From assembly GCF_026210795.1 (NCBI RefSeq), contig NC_089429.1, positions 6,882,001 through 6,946,000 on the forward strand: a stretch of 64,000 nt of DNA, in the 5' to 3' direction. A program made the position numbers and the translations under genes. This document shows, piece after piece, positions 13,865-25,251 of this stretch; the stretch's first letter is position 1; each line of letters opens with the position of its first letter. Under the pieces are notes generated by a model that had not been told where the DNA came from, ran no database searches, and saw nothing but the letters and a program-made list of their open reading frames with translations. Origin of the DNA: Rhizophagus irregularis. Taxonomy: Eukaryota.

Positions 13865-14913
13865 TATTTTTATTTTTATTAATGGGTTCCAGTTAGAAAC
13901 CTAACATGGATGCGATTATAAGTAGAAAATTACATATAAGTCAAAATTGACAAAAATACTAACTAAACTACACGTGAAAATAATCTACTCAAACTGGTGG
14001 GCAATTAACAGGAAGAAGGTATAATGTGAGATACTAAAATTAGACCCCACGACACAAAAACCCAGATAACGCCACTGCTTCCCATACTCTCGCTTAGGTA
14101 AACCTAAGTTTTGGTAAGTTGAAGCCCGTACCCCGCAGATTATCAAACTGAACCGCCAGCTCCTGGTTGGAAAAATCCCCCCACACTGGTCGATAAAAAT
14201 AAATTCTCCAAGTGACTATATTACCAGAGTTAATAAACTACCTAAGAGTAAACTAAAGGGGAACTTTTTAGTGTCGTGCAATCCCCGAAAGGACACCCAC
14301 CTCATTTCGAACGATCCCTCCAATCTAAACTAAACCGCAGAAAAAAACCCATAATAGTCCAAACATGTGCCACCTTGACCTCACCTGACCAAAAACTGAT
14401 CACCAAGATCTGCACCCCCTTAAATTACACCCAACTCTCTCAAAAGAAAAGATCTACAAACCACCTGATGTCGATCAATTTTGGGATACCCCCCTACCCC
14501 CCAGAAAAACTCCAAAAAGCAGAAGGCAAAAAAGAAAGATGAGAAAAATTCACCAAAAAAATAAGAAAAATTCATAACCCTAGGAAAACCAACCCAAAGG
14601 AGTAAAAACCTAGGTAAAGAGGGAAATTTCACCAAACTATCACCAGGAACAACACCTTATTATTAAGAAAGCGAACTTTCACCACTGAGCGAAATGGAAA
14701 TTTCTTCCTTCCAGCTTGGAATCTTCAACCTTATAACCAAAGTCGTTCAAAACATATGAACAAGTGCCGCTGGACCCAATAGAGACAAGTAGCGGAAACC
14801 AAGTTGGTGTTTTAACCAGGTATTTAGGGCAACTTCTTTAAATACGAGTATTTTAAAATGAGTGAAATATTATTTCCATTAAGAAAAGTGAGAGAAAGGA
14901 GAGAGAGTTTTTC
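13865..14913 (-). mobile_element. Non-coding, non-autonomous non-LTR retroelement (SINE-like or bipartite LINE derivative)
   Basis: 18-bp TSD ACAAAATGTCTTTACTTT (13847-13864, 14914-14931); (TAAAAA)n tail on the minus strand at ~13862-13880; shares 3'-UTR blocks with the LINE at 34211-36794; no recognisable ORF. Confidence 0.8.
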
Positions 14914-15316
14914 ACAAAATGTCTTTACTTTAAAACAATAAAAAGATATTATTGGGCGTTTTTTATAAAACTAGTAACGATTTTGTTGATCATTTGTTGA
15001 TCATTTATTTTTAAATTTATTATAAATTTTATCACGAGATTTTCTATGGAAATCATTTCTCAATTTGTTATTAAAACACCTGCTGAATTGCCTTGAAATT
15101 GAAAATCATTTCCCTTTTTATAAAAAAATTTCCTTTTTGGTAAAAAACTCTCAGATTAATCTTATATAACTTTATGTCAATGTCAATGACAATGACAATG
15201 AAAAAAACTTCTAATGCCAACTTTTCGCAAAAACTCTTCCTGTGCCACTAAAATTCCCTGTTAAATTGTTGCATCATTCAATATTTGCATAATTTCATTT
15301 TTTTGTTGATCATTAA

Positions 15317-15849
15317 CCCTATAAAAAGTATTATACTTAAAATATATTTAAAATATATTTAAAATATACTTAATTTAAAAATTGCAAAATACTTAAAATA
15401 TATATTTAATATATCTAAAATATACTTAAAATTATCTTAAAACATATGTCTAATATATTTAATTTTTGCCCATATACTTAAAATATATTTAAATTATATT
15501 TAAATTAAAATTTAAGTATATTATAAGACTATTATAAGTATATTTTTTATGTATTTAAAATATACTTAAAATATATTATAAAATATATTATAAGTATATT
15601 TTAAGTATGTAAAAAATATATCTATAATATACTTAAATTTTGATTTAAGTATAATTTAAGTATATTTTAAGTATTTTGGCAAAAATTAAATATATTAAAT
15701 ATATTTTAAATATATTTTGTAATTTTAAATACATTTTAAGTATATTATAAGTATTTCGCAATTTTTAAATTAAATATATTTTAAGTATAATTTAAATATA
15801 TTTTAAAAAGTTTTTAATTATATTTTAAATATAAATACTTTTTATAGGG
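15317..15849. mobile_element. CCCTATA-ended MITE nested in element X
   Basis: CCCTATAAAAAGTATT ... AATACTTTTTATAGGG with a TAA TSD; the empty site (GATCATTAAAATTTCAT) is visible in X copy 2 at ~37236-37252. Confidence 0.92.
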
Positions 15850-15939
15850 TAAAATTTCATAAAATATTGCAAAAAAATAAAAAAAATTGTAGAAAAAATG
15901 TTTCAGCATTTTTTCATATAATTATTATTAAAAAAAACG

Positions 15940-17005
15940 CCTAAACGGCATTTTTTCATATTATTTAATGGAAAAATGCCGTTTTGGCATTTTTTTTCAC
16001 TTCTTTTATGAAAAAAATCGCCAAAATGGCGTTTTTTCATATTATTTAATGGAAAAATGCCGTTTTGGCATTTTTTTTCATTTCTTTTATGAAAAAAATC
16101 GCCAAAGCGGCATTTTTTCATATTATCTTATGGAAAAATGCAGTTTTGGCATTTTCTTTCACTTCTTTTATGAAAAAAATCGCCAAAACGGCATTTTTTT
16201 CATATTATTTAATGAAAAAATGCTGTTTTGGCATTTTCTTTCACTTCTTTTATGAAAAAAATCGCCAAAACGGCGTTTTTTCATATTATTTAATGGAAAA
16301 ATGCCGAAACGGCATTTTTTTTCACTTCTTTTATGAAAAAAATCGCCAAAACGGCATTTTTTCATTTTATTTAATGGAAAAATGCCGAAACGGCATTTTT
16401 TTCACTTCTTTTATGAAAAAAATCGCCAAAGCGGCTTTTTTCATATTATCTTATGGAAAAATGCCGAAACGGCATTTTTTTTCATTTCTTTTATAAAAAA
16501 ATCGCCAAAGCGGCAATTTTTTCATATTATCTTATGGAAAAATGCCGTTTTAGCATTTTTTTTTACTTCTTTTATGAAAAAAATCGCCAAAATGGCGTTT
16601 TTTCATATTATTTTATGTAAAAATGCCAAAACGGGATTTTTTTTCACTTCTTTTATGAAAAAAATTGCCAAAGCGGCTTTTTTCATATTATCTTATGGAA
16701 AAATGCCGTTTTGGCATTTTTTTTCACTTCTTTTATGAAAAAAATCGCCAAAACGACATTTTTTTTCACTTCTTTTATGAAAAAAATCGCCAAAACGGCA
16801 TTTTTTTCATATTATTTAATGAAAAAATGCCAAAACGGCATTTTTTTTACTTCTTTTATGAAAAAAATCGCCAAATCGGCTTTTTTCATATTATCTTATG
16901 GAAAAATGCCAAAACGGCATTTTTTCCACTTCTTTTATGAAAAAATCTCCAAAACGGCATTTTTTCATATTATTTGATGGAAAAATGCCGAAACGGCATT
17001 TTTTA
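15940..17005. repeat. Minisatellite, 81-bp unit, ~13 copies, two hairpins per unit
   Basis: GAAAAATGCC recurs at 81-bp spacing (15971, 16052); the unit contains AAAAATGCC-n-GGCATTTTT and AAAAAATCGCC-n-GGCGTTTTT. Confidence 0.9.
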
Positions 17006-17106
17006 GCATTTTATTAAATAAAAAAAAAACGTTGCAAAAACGTTTTTTAATATACAATTAATTTAAAAAGAACGTTTCTCAACGTTTTTTCTTTTTTTTT
17101 ATAAAT

Positions 17107-17300
17107 CAGGTTACCCGGTCACCTGAAATGACCCGAATATTTTCAGGTCAAAACGGGTTACCTGAAATGACCCGAATACTTTCAGGTCAAACGGGTCAGG
17201 TCAGGTCAGAGCAGGTTACCCGACCTGACCCGACCTGATAAAAATTTTTGGTTCAGGTCAGACAAATTACCTGACCCGACCCGACCCGTGCGGAGCTCTA
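17107..17300. mobile_element. Right end of a hAT-like non-autonomous element (A)
   Basis: Clustered ACCCG/ACCTG subterminal repeats ending in CCCGTGCGGAGCTCTA (TAGAG-type hAT terminus); no left end seen. Confidence 0.55.
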
Positions 17301-17404
17301 GTCAGGTCAGGTCAGGTCAGGTTATATCAGATTATCTGTTTGACCTGACCTGACCTGAAACCTAAAAAATTTCAGGTTAACCCAAATGATTTTTATTAAA
17401 TTAT

Positions 17405-18022
17405 TGAAAAAAAATGTTGCGCAATGTTTTTTTCTAATATAATGTTATATAAAAAATGTTTTCACAACGTTTTTCAATAAAATATAAAAAAAAAATGTTG
17501 CAAAACATTTTTTCCTAATATAATGTTATAGAAAAAACGTTTTCGCAATGTTTTTCAATAAAATATCAAAAAAAAAGTTGCGAAACATTTTTTCCTAATA
17601 TAATGTTATAGAAAAAACGTTTTCGCAACGTTTTTCAATAAAATATCAAGAAAAACGTTGCAAAACATTTTTTCCTAATATAATCTTATAGAAAAATCGA
17701 TTTCGCAATAAAATATCAAGAAAAATGTTGCAAACATTTTTTCCTAATATAATGATATAGAAATAACGTTTTCACAACGTTTTCCAATAAAATATCAAGA
17801 AAAATGTTGCGAAACATTTTTTCTATAACATTATATTAGGAAAAAACATTTCGCAACATTTTTCTTAATATTTTATTGGAAAACGTTGTGAAAACGTTTT
17901 TTTCTATATCATTATATTAGGAAAAAATATTTTGCAACGTTTTTCAATAAAATATCAAAAAAAAAACATTGCAAAATGTTTTTTTCTATAGAAAAAATGT
18001 CTTCGCAATATTTTTCAATAAA
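17405..18022. repeat. Minisatellite, ~80-bp unit (resumes at ~18655-18880)
   Basis: TAATGTTATAGAAAAAACGTTTTCGCAA at 17521 and 17601; includes an inverted segment at ~17815-17930. Confidence 0.85.
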
Positions 18023-18148
18023 ACAAGAGTTCTGTTTAAAGGGGAGTTAGGACTATAAAATATAAAGTATATGAAATATGATTTATTTTGAACTTGTTCA
18101 TTTCAATAAAATCATGACATTCGAAAAAATCTATGTTACAACCTAATA

Positions 18149-18650
18149 GCTTAATTCTAATTAGCTAATTTAGTATTAGGTTTTAATTTAAAAAATTAAG
18201 CAGTATCAAGGAGAATTCTCGCAAATTTTTCTTAATACTGCTTAAATTATAATTTAGCTAATTTAGTATTAGGTTTTAACCTAAAAAATTAGGCAGTATT
18301 AAGGGAAATTCTCATGAATTTTTCTTAATACTGCTTAATTCTAATTTAGCTAATTTAGTATTAGGTTTAATTTAAAAAATTAAGCAGTATCAAGACAAAT
18401 ACTCGCGAATTTTTCTTAATACTGCTTAATTCTAATTTAGCTAATTTAGTATTAGGTTTTAATTTAAAAAATTAAGCAGTATCAAGAGAAATTCTCGCGA
18501 ATTTTTCTTAATACTGCTTAATTCTAATTTAGCTAATTTAGTATTAGGTTTTAATTTAAAAAATTAAGCAGTATCAAGGGAAATTCTCACGAATTTTTCT
18601 TAATACTGCTTAATTCTAATTTAGCTAATTTAGTATTAGTTTTAATTTAA
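18149..18650. repeat. Minisatellite, 92-bp unit, ~5.5 copies, long stem-loop per unit
   Basis: ATTCTAATTT at 18338, 18429, 18521 and 18613; stem TTAAGCAGTATCAAGAGAAATTC-TCGC-GAATTTTTCTTAATACTGCTTAA. Confidence 0.9.
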
Positions 18651-19594
18651 AAATAATTTTAAAAACGTTTTTTTCTAATATAATCTTATAGAAAAAATGT
18701 TTTTGCAACATTTTTCAATAAAATATCAAAAAAAAAGTTGCAAAACATTTTTTTCTAATATAATCTTATAGAAAAAATGTTTTCGCAACATTTTTCAATA
18801 AAATATCAAAAAAAAAGTTGCGAAATGTTTTTTTCTAATATAATCTTATAGAAAAATCATTTTCCCAATGTTTTTTTTAATATATCATTATAAAATAATA
18901 GTATTGTTAGTTTCAGGTCAACAGGTCATTCAGATTTTACTGATGTTACAACCTGAACTGATGCCAAATCGAAATTGCTAAACCTGACCTGATAAATTCA
19001 GGTCAACCTGTCAGGTTACCTGAATTTGGACAACCTGTTCAGAACTCTAATTTTTAACCACAGAAACGTCAAGTCTGACATTTTTTAACTAAAAAAATTC
19101 AGTTTTTGATTTTTTAATTACAAAAACGTCAAGTCTGACGTTTTTAATTAATAAAATCATTTTTTTTTGATTATTAATTACAAAAACACCAAGTCTTATG
19201 TTTTTAACCAAAAAAATCAATTTTTTTGATTTTTAATCAAATCTAACATAAAAATGATTTTTTAATCATAAAAACGTCAAGTCTGACGTTTTTAATAAAA
19301 AAAAATCAATTTTTTTTATATTTAATTATAAAAACGTTTGATGACCCGACCCAAAATTTTCGAGTCAATCTGACAGTATAATGATTATAACTCACTAACA
19401 ATTACCAAGTTACTCTAGTTTTAGGGTAAATTTAATTTTTTTAATCTGTTTCCATACAAAAATTCTAAATGGCCATTTAGAATTTTTGTATCACATTAAG
19501 TACTATAAAATAGGAATTTGTACGTCAAATTCAAAATTTTACATATTCTTCCTCTCTTTCCCTATTTTTTTTTTTTTAAGTCATATCACAAGTC

Positions 19595-21105
19595 ATGTCA
19601 GTAATGTCTTTGCCAATATTGCCAATTGAATGTTTCGATAACATACTCTCTTTTCTTGATAATAAATCTTTATACAAATGTTTATTTGTTAATAGATATT
19701 ACTGTAAAGTTACTATTCCAATTATTTGGAGAAACCCTTTATCAAGCAATTTTCAATTTCTATTAGCCGTTCATTAATAAAAACATTACTTGCATGTCTT
19801 AATGAGGATGAAATTTCTTTATTAATCCCTTGTGCGATAAAATTTAATATTAAACCTCCTTTATTTGAATATGAAAGATTCATAAAAAAATTAAATCATG
19901 ATTGTTGTGTGGAACACATCGAACAATTTATCAAATCCTTACCTGAATTATTAAGTGGAAATGATTATTCTAATTGCAGAGAAAAGTTGATTTATTCTAT
20001 ATATAATATGATAATTCAAAAAAGCTCATTCTTAGAGGAGTTTGAAGTAAATGTAGCCCAGAAAGGTTATGTTGACTTACCAAAATCTTCCATTTTTACA
20101 AATTATGAACCTGGATTTAAAATTTAAGTACTTTAACTATATTTAATTTAGATTTAATAAGTAATGATACAAAACGTAAGAATACCACCAAATTTTTAAA
20201 TATGATTTCTACATTTTGTTAATATGGAACTATGGATTAAATCTCTCAATGGCATATATGTGAAGCAATATATGGATATTATCAAATTTCAACCTTTAAG
20301 AAGATTATTTATATATATCAATAATAGTGAAAAAATTTCATTTAACTTGGGATTGGAATTTCGATCTGAAACTTTGAAAGAACTAATACTTGATAGTGTT
20401 GATTTTAAATATATTAATTTATCATTTATATCAAAATTAAAATGTTTAGAACTACTTGAATTTTTATACTGTAAAGGTTTCAATCGTTGTAAGATTCAAT
20501 CTGGGAGTAAATTACATCTTAAAGAATTCAAACTTTGGTATTGTACTAGTACTGGGGCTTCCATAGAAGAAATTATTAGTTATCTTTGTAATGAATCATT
20601 ATTAAAGCTAGCTTTGAGTTATATCACTCCAAAAGCTGCTGAAACAGTAAAAGAATCTTGCCCAAATATTAGTTCTTTATGCATACAAATATGTTCTGAT
20701 TCAGTAATTCCATTTATCTGTGAATTACGTTCATTAAAAGTTCTAAACATTGGACCTGATTATGGAATTGATATGAGTTCATTGGTTAAAAGCTTAGGCA
20801 ATCATTTAACATCTGTTGAATATTTATTTTTTGATTTTAATGTTGATTTACTAAGTTTTATTTATTTTACTAATTACTGTAAGGCTAATTTAAAAAAATG
20901 GATTATTACCCTAGATAATAATTCTTTATGCAAGGAATATTTGATTTATGTATATAATTTTCAAAAGGTTCATAATTCTTTAAAAGAATTTGGAATTAAT
21001 AAGTATAGATATAATTGGACTAATGAAGAACTTGAAATTGTTGATATGTTAAAGAATCAAGGAATTAATATTGTTAAATCTGGTGAATTAGATTTATTTC
21101 ATTAA
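19595..21105 (+). pseudogene. F-box / RNI-like LRR protein, frameshifted
   Basis: N-terminal F-box LPILPIECFDNILSFLDNKSLYKCLFVNRYYCKVTIPIIWRNP; the LRR-like remainder is split over other frames, with lesions near 19740, 20120 and 20220. Confidence 0.8.
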
Positions 21106-21447
21106 TATTAGATATGTTAAAAATAGTATATTATAAACATTAACTGTATATACGTGACATTTGACGTATGCAGTATATATATATATATAATGTAACTTTT
21201 TTTTCATTAAATGTTATTATATTTGAATACTTTTTATATAGAAAAGCGACTGAAAGAATAAAACATTTTGCATTTTGCCCATATTGTGTAATTTTTTAAA
21301 ATATTACATTTAAAAATGTAAGAAATTTAAGTGAGATTCTTTAAATCAGTTAATACAGTATCGCTTCTTGTTTAATGACAATCATAAAAAAATTTTTTTT
21401 TTTAATTTTTTTAATCTTATTAAAGATTTTGCTTAATAAACTTATTA

Positions 21448-21662
21448 CCGTTGGCCACTGCATATAGTACCCAGGGTCTTATTCAAGAACTCGATATTTT
21501 AAAATTGAATAGTACCTGCAAGGAACCGGATACTTTATTTGGATATAAATTATATGAAAAGTGATAAATTATTAGAGATTATACCCCAGGTATTATTCAA
21601 GAACTAGGTAGCATGGGTGGTGAATAATACCCGGGTCTGATACTACATGCAGTGGCCAACGG
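21448..21662. mobile_element. Tc1/mariner-type MITE
   Basis: TIR CCGTTGGCCACTGCAT(A/G)TAGTA on both ends; TA TSD. Confidence 0.88.
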
Positions 21663-21829
21663 TATTATTTTTATTTATAAAGTTAGTTTTCTTATTAACG
21701 ACTAAAAAATTATATTTTAGCCGGATTATTTAATGGTAATCGGGAAAATGTGAAAATTTAAATTAATTTATTTTTCCATAATTTAAATTTAAGATCGAAA
21801 TTCAATTCAAATATATACAGTATTAATTT

Positions 21830-23030
21830 AATGGCAGACGATCTTGTAAAACTTGATAATATTAAAGATCTTATTTTTGGATCGTGGAAAAATTACAAGA
21901 TTTTTTAATAATTCACATCAAGCTTCTACAATTCTATTCCAAGATTTAAAAAATATGAAAATTAAGATTGAAGGATTACAAACATGGTATAAAACTAGAT
22001 AGGGCTCGTCATATACAACAACAGACTCAATTTTACGTAGTTATGTGTTTGACTGGGTAGGATTGTTTAATAGATATTATGATTATTATTTATATAATCA
22101 CAAACTAACTTGATTATTAATAGATATTATTAGAATATAATAATATTATTTCAAATTCTAAAGTTCATTATTTGATGCAGGATGAGAATAAATTGCCGTC
22201 AAATTCGTTCAATTTGAGCTTTAGGAATGCATTAATATTCTTGAAGCAAAATCAGCTGTTCTAGCTGATTGTTTGTTCAAATGATTAAATTGGAAGTTGC
22301 CATATTTCAACTTCAAAACTTTACAAGTATGAAGCAATTCAAGTTTTTAACCTTTTTATGTTATTGTCTTCATCCTTACTATAAAAGTAAAATATTTAAG
22401 TTTGATTATCATTTTTAAAAATTTATTAATATTAATGTTTTTAGCTTTAGGTGTTATTGATGATGGATTCTACAACTCTTTGGCAGAATTTAGGTTATCC
22501 TGAAGAATAATGAAATCTTCTCAGTCAATTTAGGTGGTTTGATCAAAAATTAAAAACCTTATGATTTGCCTTATGAAATGGGTATAGATACACTTGATCT
22601 TTGGTGGAGTTCTATAAGAAATAAAAAATGAGGACTATTTGGTATGACTCCTTCACAAGTTAGATTGTGAACGAAATTTTTCCATACCTAAATGGATGAT
22701 TGGAGATAAACGTACAAGTCCTGATGTTAAAAAACTTGAAGGTATGTCAAAATTCATTCTTATTTATTTGGCAAATATTAAGAATGAATCATTATATTAA
22801 AAATAAAAGAAATTGCAAGTATTTCTACTGTTGGTGAAAATAATCTCTTTAAATGATGAAGAGAAATAGAAATGCAAACACAACACATACTAATTCGGTA
22901 TTAGAAGATATCATTGATCTTGATTTGATAATGCAGAAGCTGTAAATCCAGAAAATAATGATACTGATAAAAGAAAATATGGATTTTTAATCCTATTGTT
23001 TTAGTTAATCAATTTTTAGAAACTAGTAAA
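21830..23030 (+). pseudogene. Degraded hAT transposase
   Basis: 22595-22750 translates as LWWS...TPSQ/CERNFSIPKWMIGDKRTSPDVKKLEGMSK, a hAT C-terminal dimerisation motif. Many stops; boundaries are approximate. Confidence 0.7.
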
Positions 23031-25172
23031 ATTTAAATAATAAATCATATCTTAGAGTTGCGTCACTCATCTATAGGAGGATATTTAATGTTTACAGTGT
23101 TTGATTTGACAAATAATACTAAGAAATTGGCTTATTATTGTTTTGGAACTGTTTGTGAAAATTCTTGGTTATAACCTGTAGCATTACGGTTGATGAGTTT
23201 AACTTAATATAACAATTAAAAATATTTAGAGATAATAATAAAAAAAATTCAAAATAAAATATTTTTAAAAATTAAAACTTTTAGTTTAAAAAAAAACCAA
23301 TTAAAGAAATTTTTTCGGTTTAAAAAAAAAAAGATAAATAAAATTTTAAAATTTCAGAGAAATTTTGGTTTGTAAGAGCTGGAAAAAAATATTTTAGACG
23401 ATGCAATTATTGGGCGCAGCATATAACAGGGCTTTTTATTATTTTTTTTTTCATATTCTTTAAAAATTGAGAAATTTCTAACACCCCTGTCAAAAAAAAA
23501 AAATCTGGAATTGGATAAGCCACAAAATCTCATGATTTGAGCACATGATAATCATGACATTGATAGCCGACCAAATTAATTTAACTATAATAAATGTGGC
23601 ACAATATATATATATGTATGTATTTCATGTTGCATAATTGAATAATTGAGAACTATGAGGCATTAAAAAGGGGTTGAATCAATTTATCTTTCCAACTCAA
23701 CAGTTGTAAGAATTTTTTTATTGACTTCAGTTTACCAATAAAGTTTAACTTTTTCAAGAACTGAATAATAATGTTAAATAAAAATTATTAATGCTTAATT
23801 GAATTAATAAGAAAGATTTTTGTACTATAAATGATTCACATTACAAATTCAAGCTTCAGTTATAAAGTGTAATAATGGTCAAATTGTAATTTTAAATCTC
23901 AATTTTAGTATAAGATCTTTGGAGTATAATTCTATTGTCTCTTTAGTTAATTATTTTCAATGGTATGATTTATGAGAAATTTATTTTATTTTAAAGACAG
24001 TATATTAATTATCCAAAATATGGTTAGGTTTAGTCAATGAAAATAACTTACAAATTTATTATTGAGAAAATTGACTTGAAGCATTGTAATTAGATTGTAA
24101 TTTATTTATTGAATATATATCAAGAATGCAATATAGTAATTTGTCAATCTACTCATAATAAACATAGAAAATAAAATTTCTCACTATATATATATTTATA
24201 TATATATACTTTACAAGTTTGGTATAATTTAGAATTTAAAATACCCTACTAATAAAAGTTGTATTATTGATTATTAACATATTAATCGCTTGTCTTTTTC
24301 TATAATTCAACTATCTTTATACAAATTTTGACCAAATACTATGTAATGATAGGTACTTTAAAGTTAGTTAGTGTGGAATAGTCTGTTATCACAAATAATC
24401 ATGTATGCTGTGCATATATTGGATAAAATTCAGGATTAGCAATGTAAATATTAAGCCTATATTTTAAGCTTTAATTAACATGTTTATTTTGTGGCTGTGA
24501 TGGTAATTGGAGCTGATATCTTGCTTTAAACTTGAATTTTCATCCAGGTGTTACTTAAAAACAGATAAGCTTCATGTGTTAAAAATTAAATATAAATTGG
24601 TTAAGAATTTGTGATAAATCAAATGGTTTTTTCTTTTTCCCTTTTCCTTTTCCTTTCCCCTTTTCCTTTCCCTCTTTTTTGTTCTCTAAAAAGATATCAA
24701 ATATATCAAATAATCCTATAACCAGTCAAAATATCAAACAATCTAAAATAATATCAAAGCATCCTATGAGTCAATATATTACCAGTTCTTAAAATAATAT
24801 TACTATTATTAAATATGATTATCCTTAACCAAAGTTTATAATTACCATAGATTAGTATGCCTTAACAGAAGTAGAAGCATCAATGAGCTCATCAGCACGT
24901 GTAATAGCATTTAAAGTGAAACAAGTACCAGCTACAGAAGTAATAGTATCAATAAAATCATGGGTACAAACTTCAAGAAATGGAAACATTGGCAGAATCA
25001 GGCGTTGCAGTATCATGAGAGGCTGTATGGTAACAGAGCAGTAGAAAAGAATTACACATAGTAATTCCATAAATACCTTTACAATAATAACTACTAGTCA
25101 TTACCAGTATCACAATTACTTGAAATTAATTAAAAACATATTTTTGCATATTTTCTGGCTTTAATTTTAATT

Positions 25173-25251
25173 GGATAAATGATCATTTTCCTAGTTTTTA
25201 TTCTGAAAAACTCAAACACATGATCATTTTCTGAAAAAATTTTTTATAGGA
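25173..25251 (-). mobile_element. Fragment of CCCTATA family (inverted homolog of 28486-28565)
   Basis: ATAAATGATCATTTTCCTAGTTTTTATTC...TGATCATTTTCTGAAAAAATTTTTTATAGG; related pieces at ~520-556 and ~28925-28985. Confidence 0.55.

Larger units (their letters stand above)
17301..19049. mobile_element. hAT-like non-autonomous element (B) with internal ~80-bp and 92-bp arrays
   Basis: Begins with GTCAG repeats and ends with ACCTG repeats and CCTGTTCAGAACTCTA; the extreme left terminus is missing. Confidence 0.55.
14932..19418. mobile_element. Element X copy 1 (unclassified, TT-bounded, CTAG 3' end), carrying nested insertions
   Basis: 14932-15940 (minus the nested MITE) is nearly identical to 36813-37330, and 19050-19418 matches the array and end of 37440-38979. 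Both copies end in CAAGTTACTCTAG(TTT) and have different flanks. Confidence 0.75.

Noticed and set aside
14276..14635. Short ORFs inside the non-coding retroposon
   Set aside because: No recognisable motifs; they overlap on both strands in compositionally biased sequence.
15903..16977. Seven overlapping ORFs with repetitive peptides
   Set aside because: By-product of the 81-bp (multiple of 3) minisatellite.
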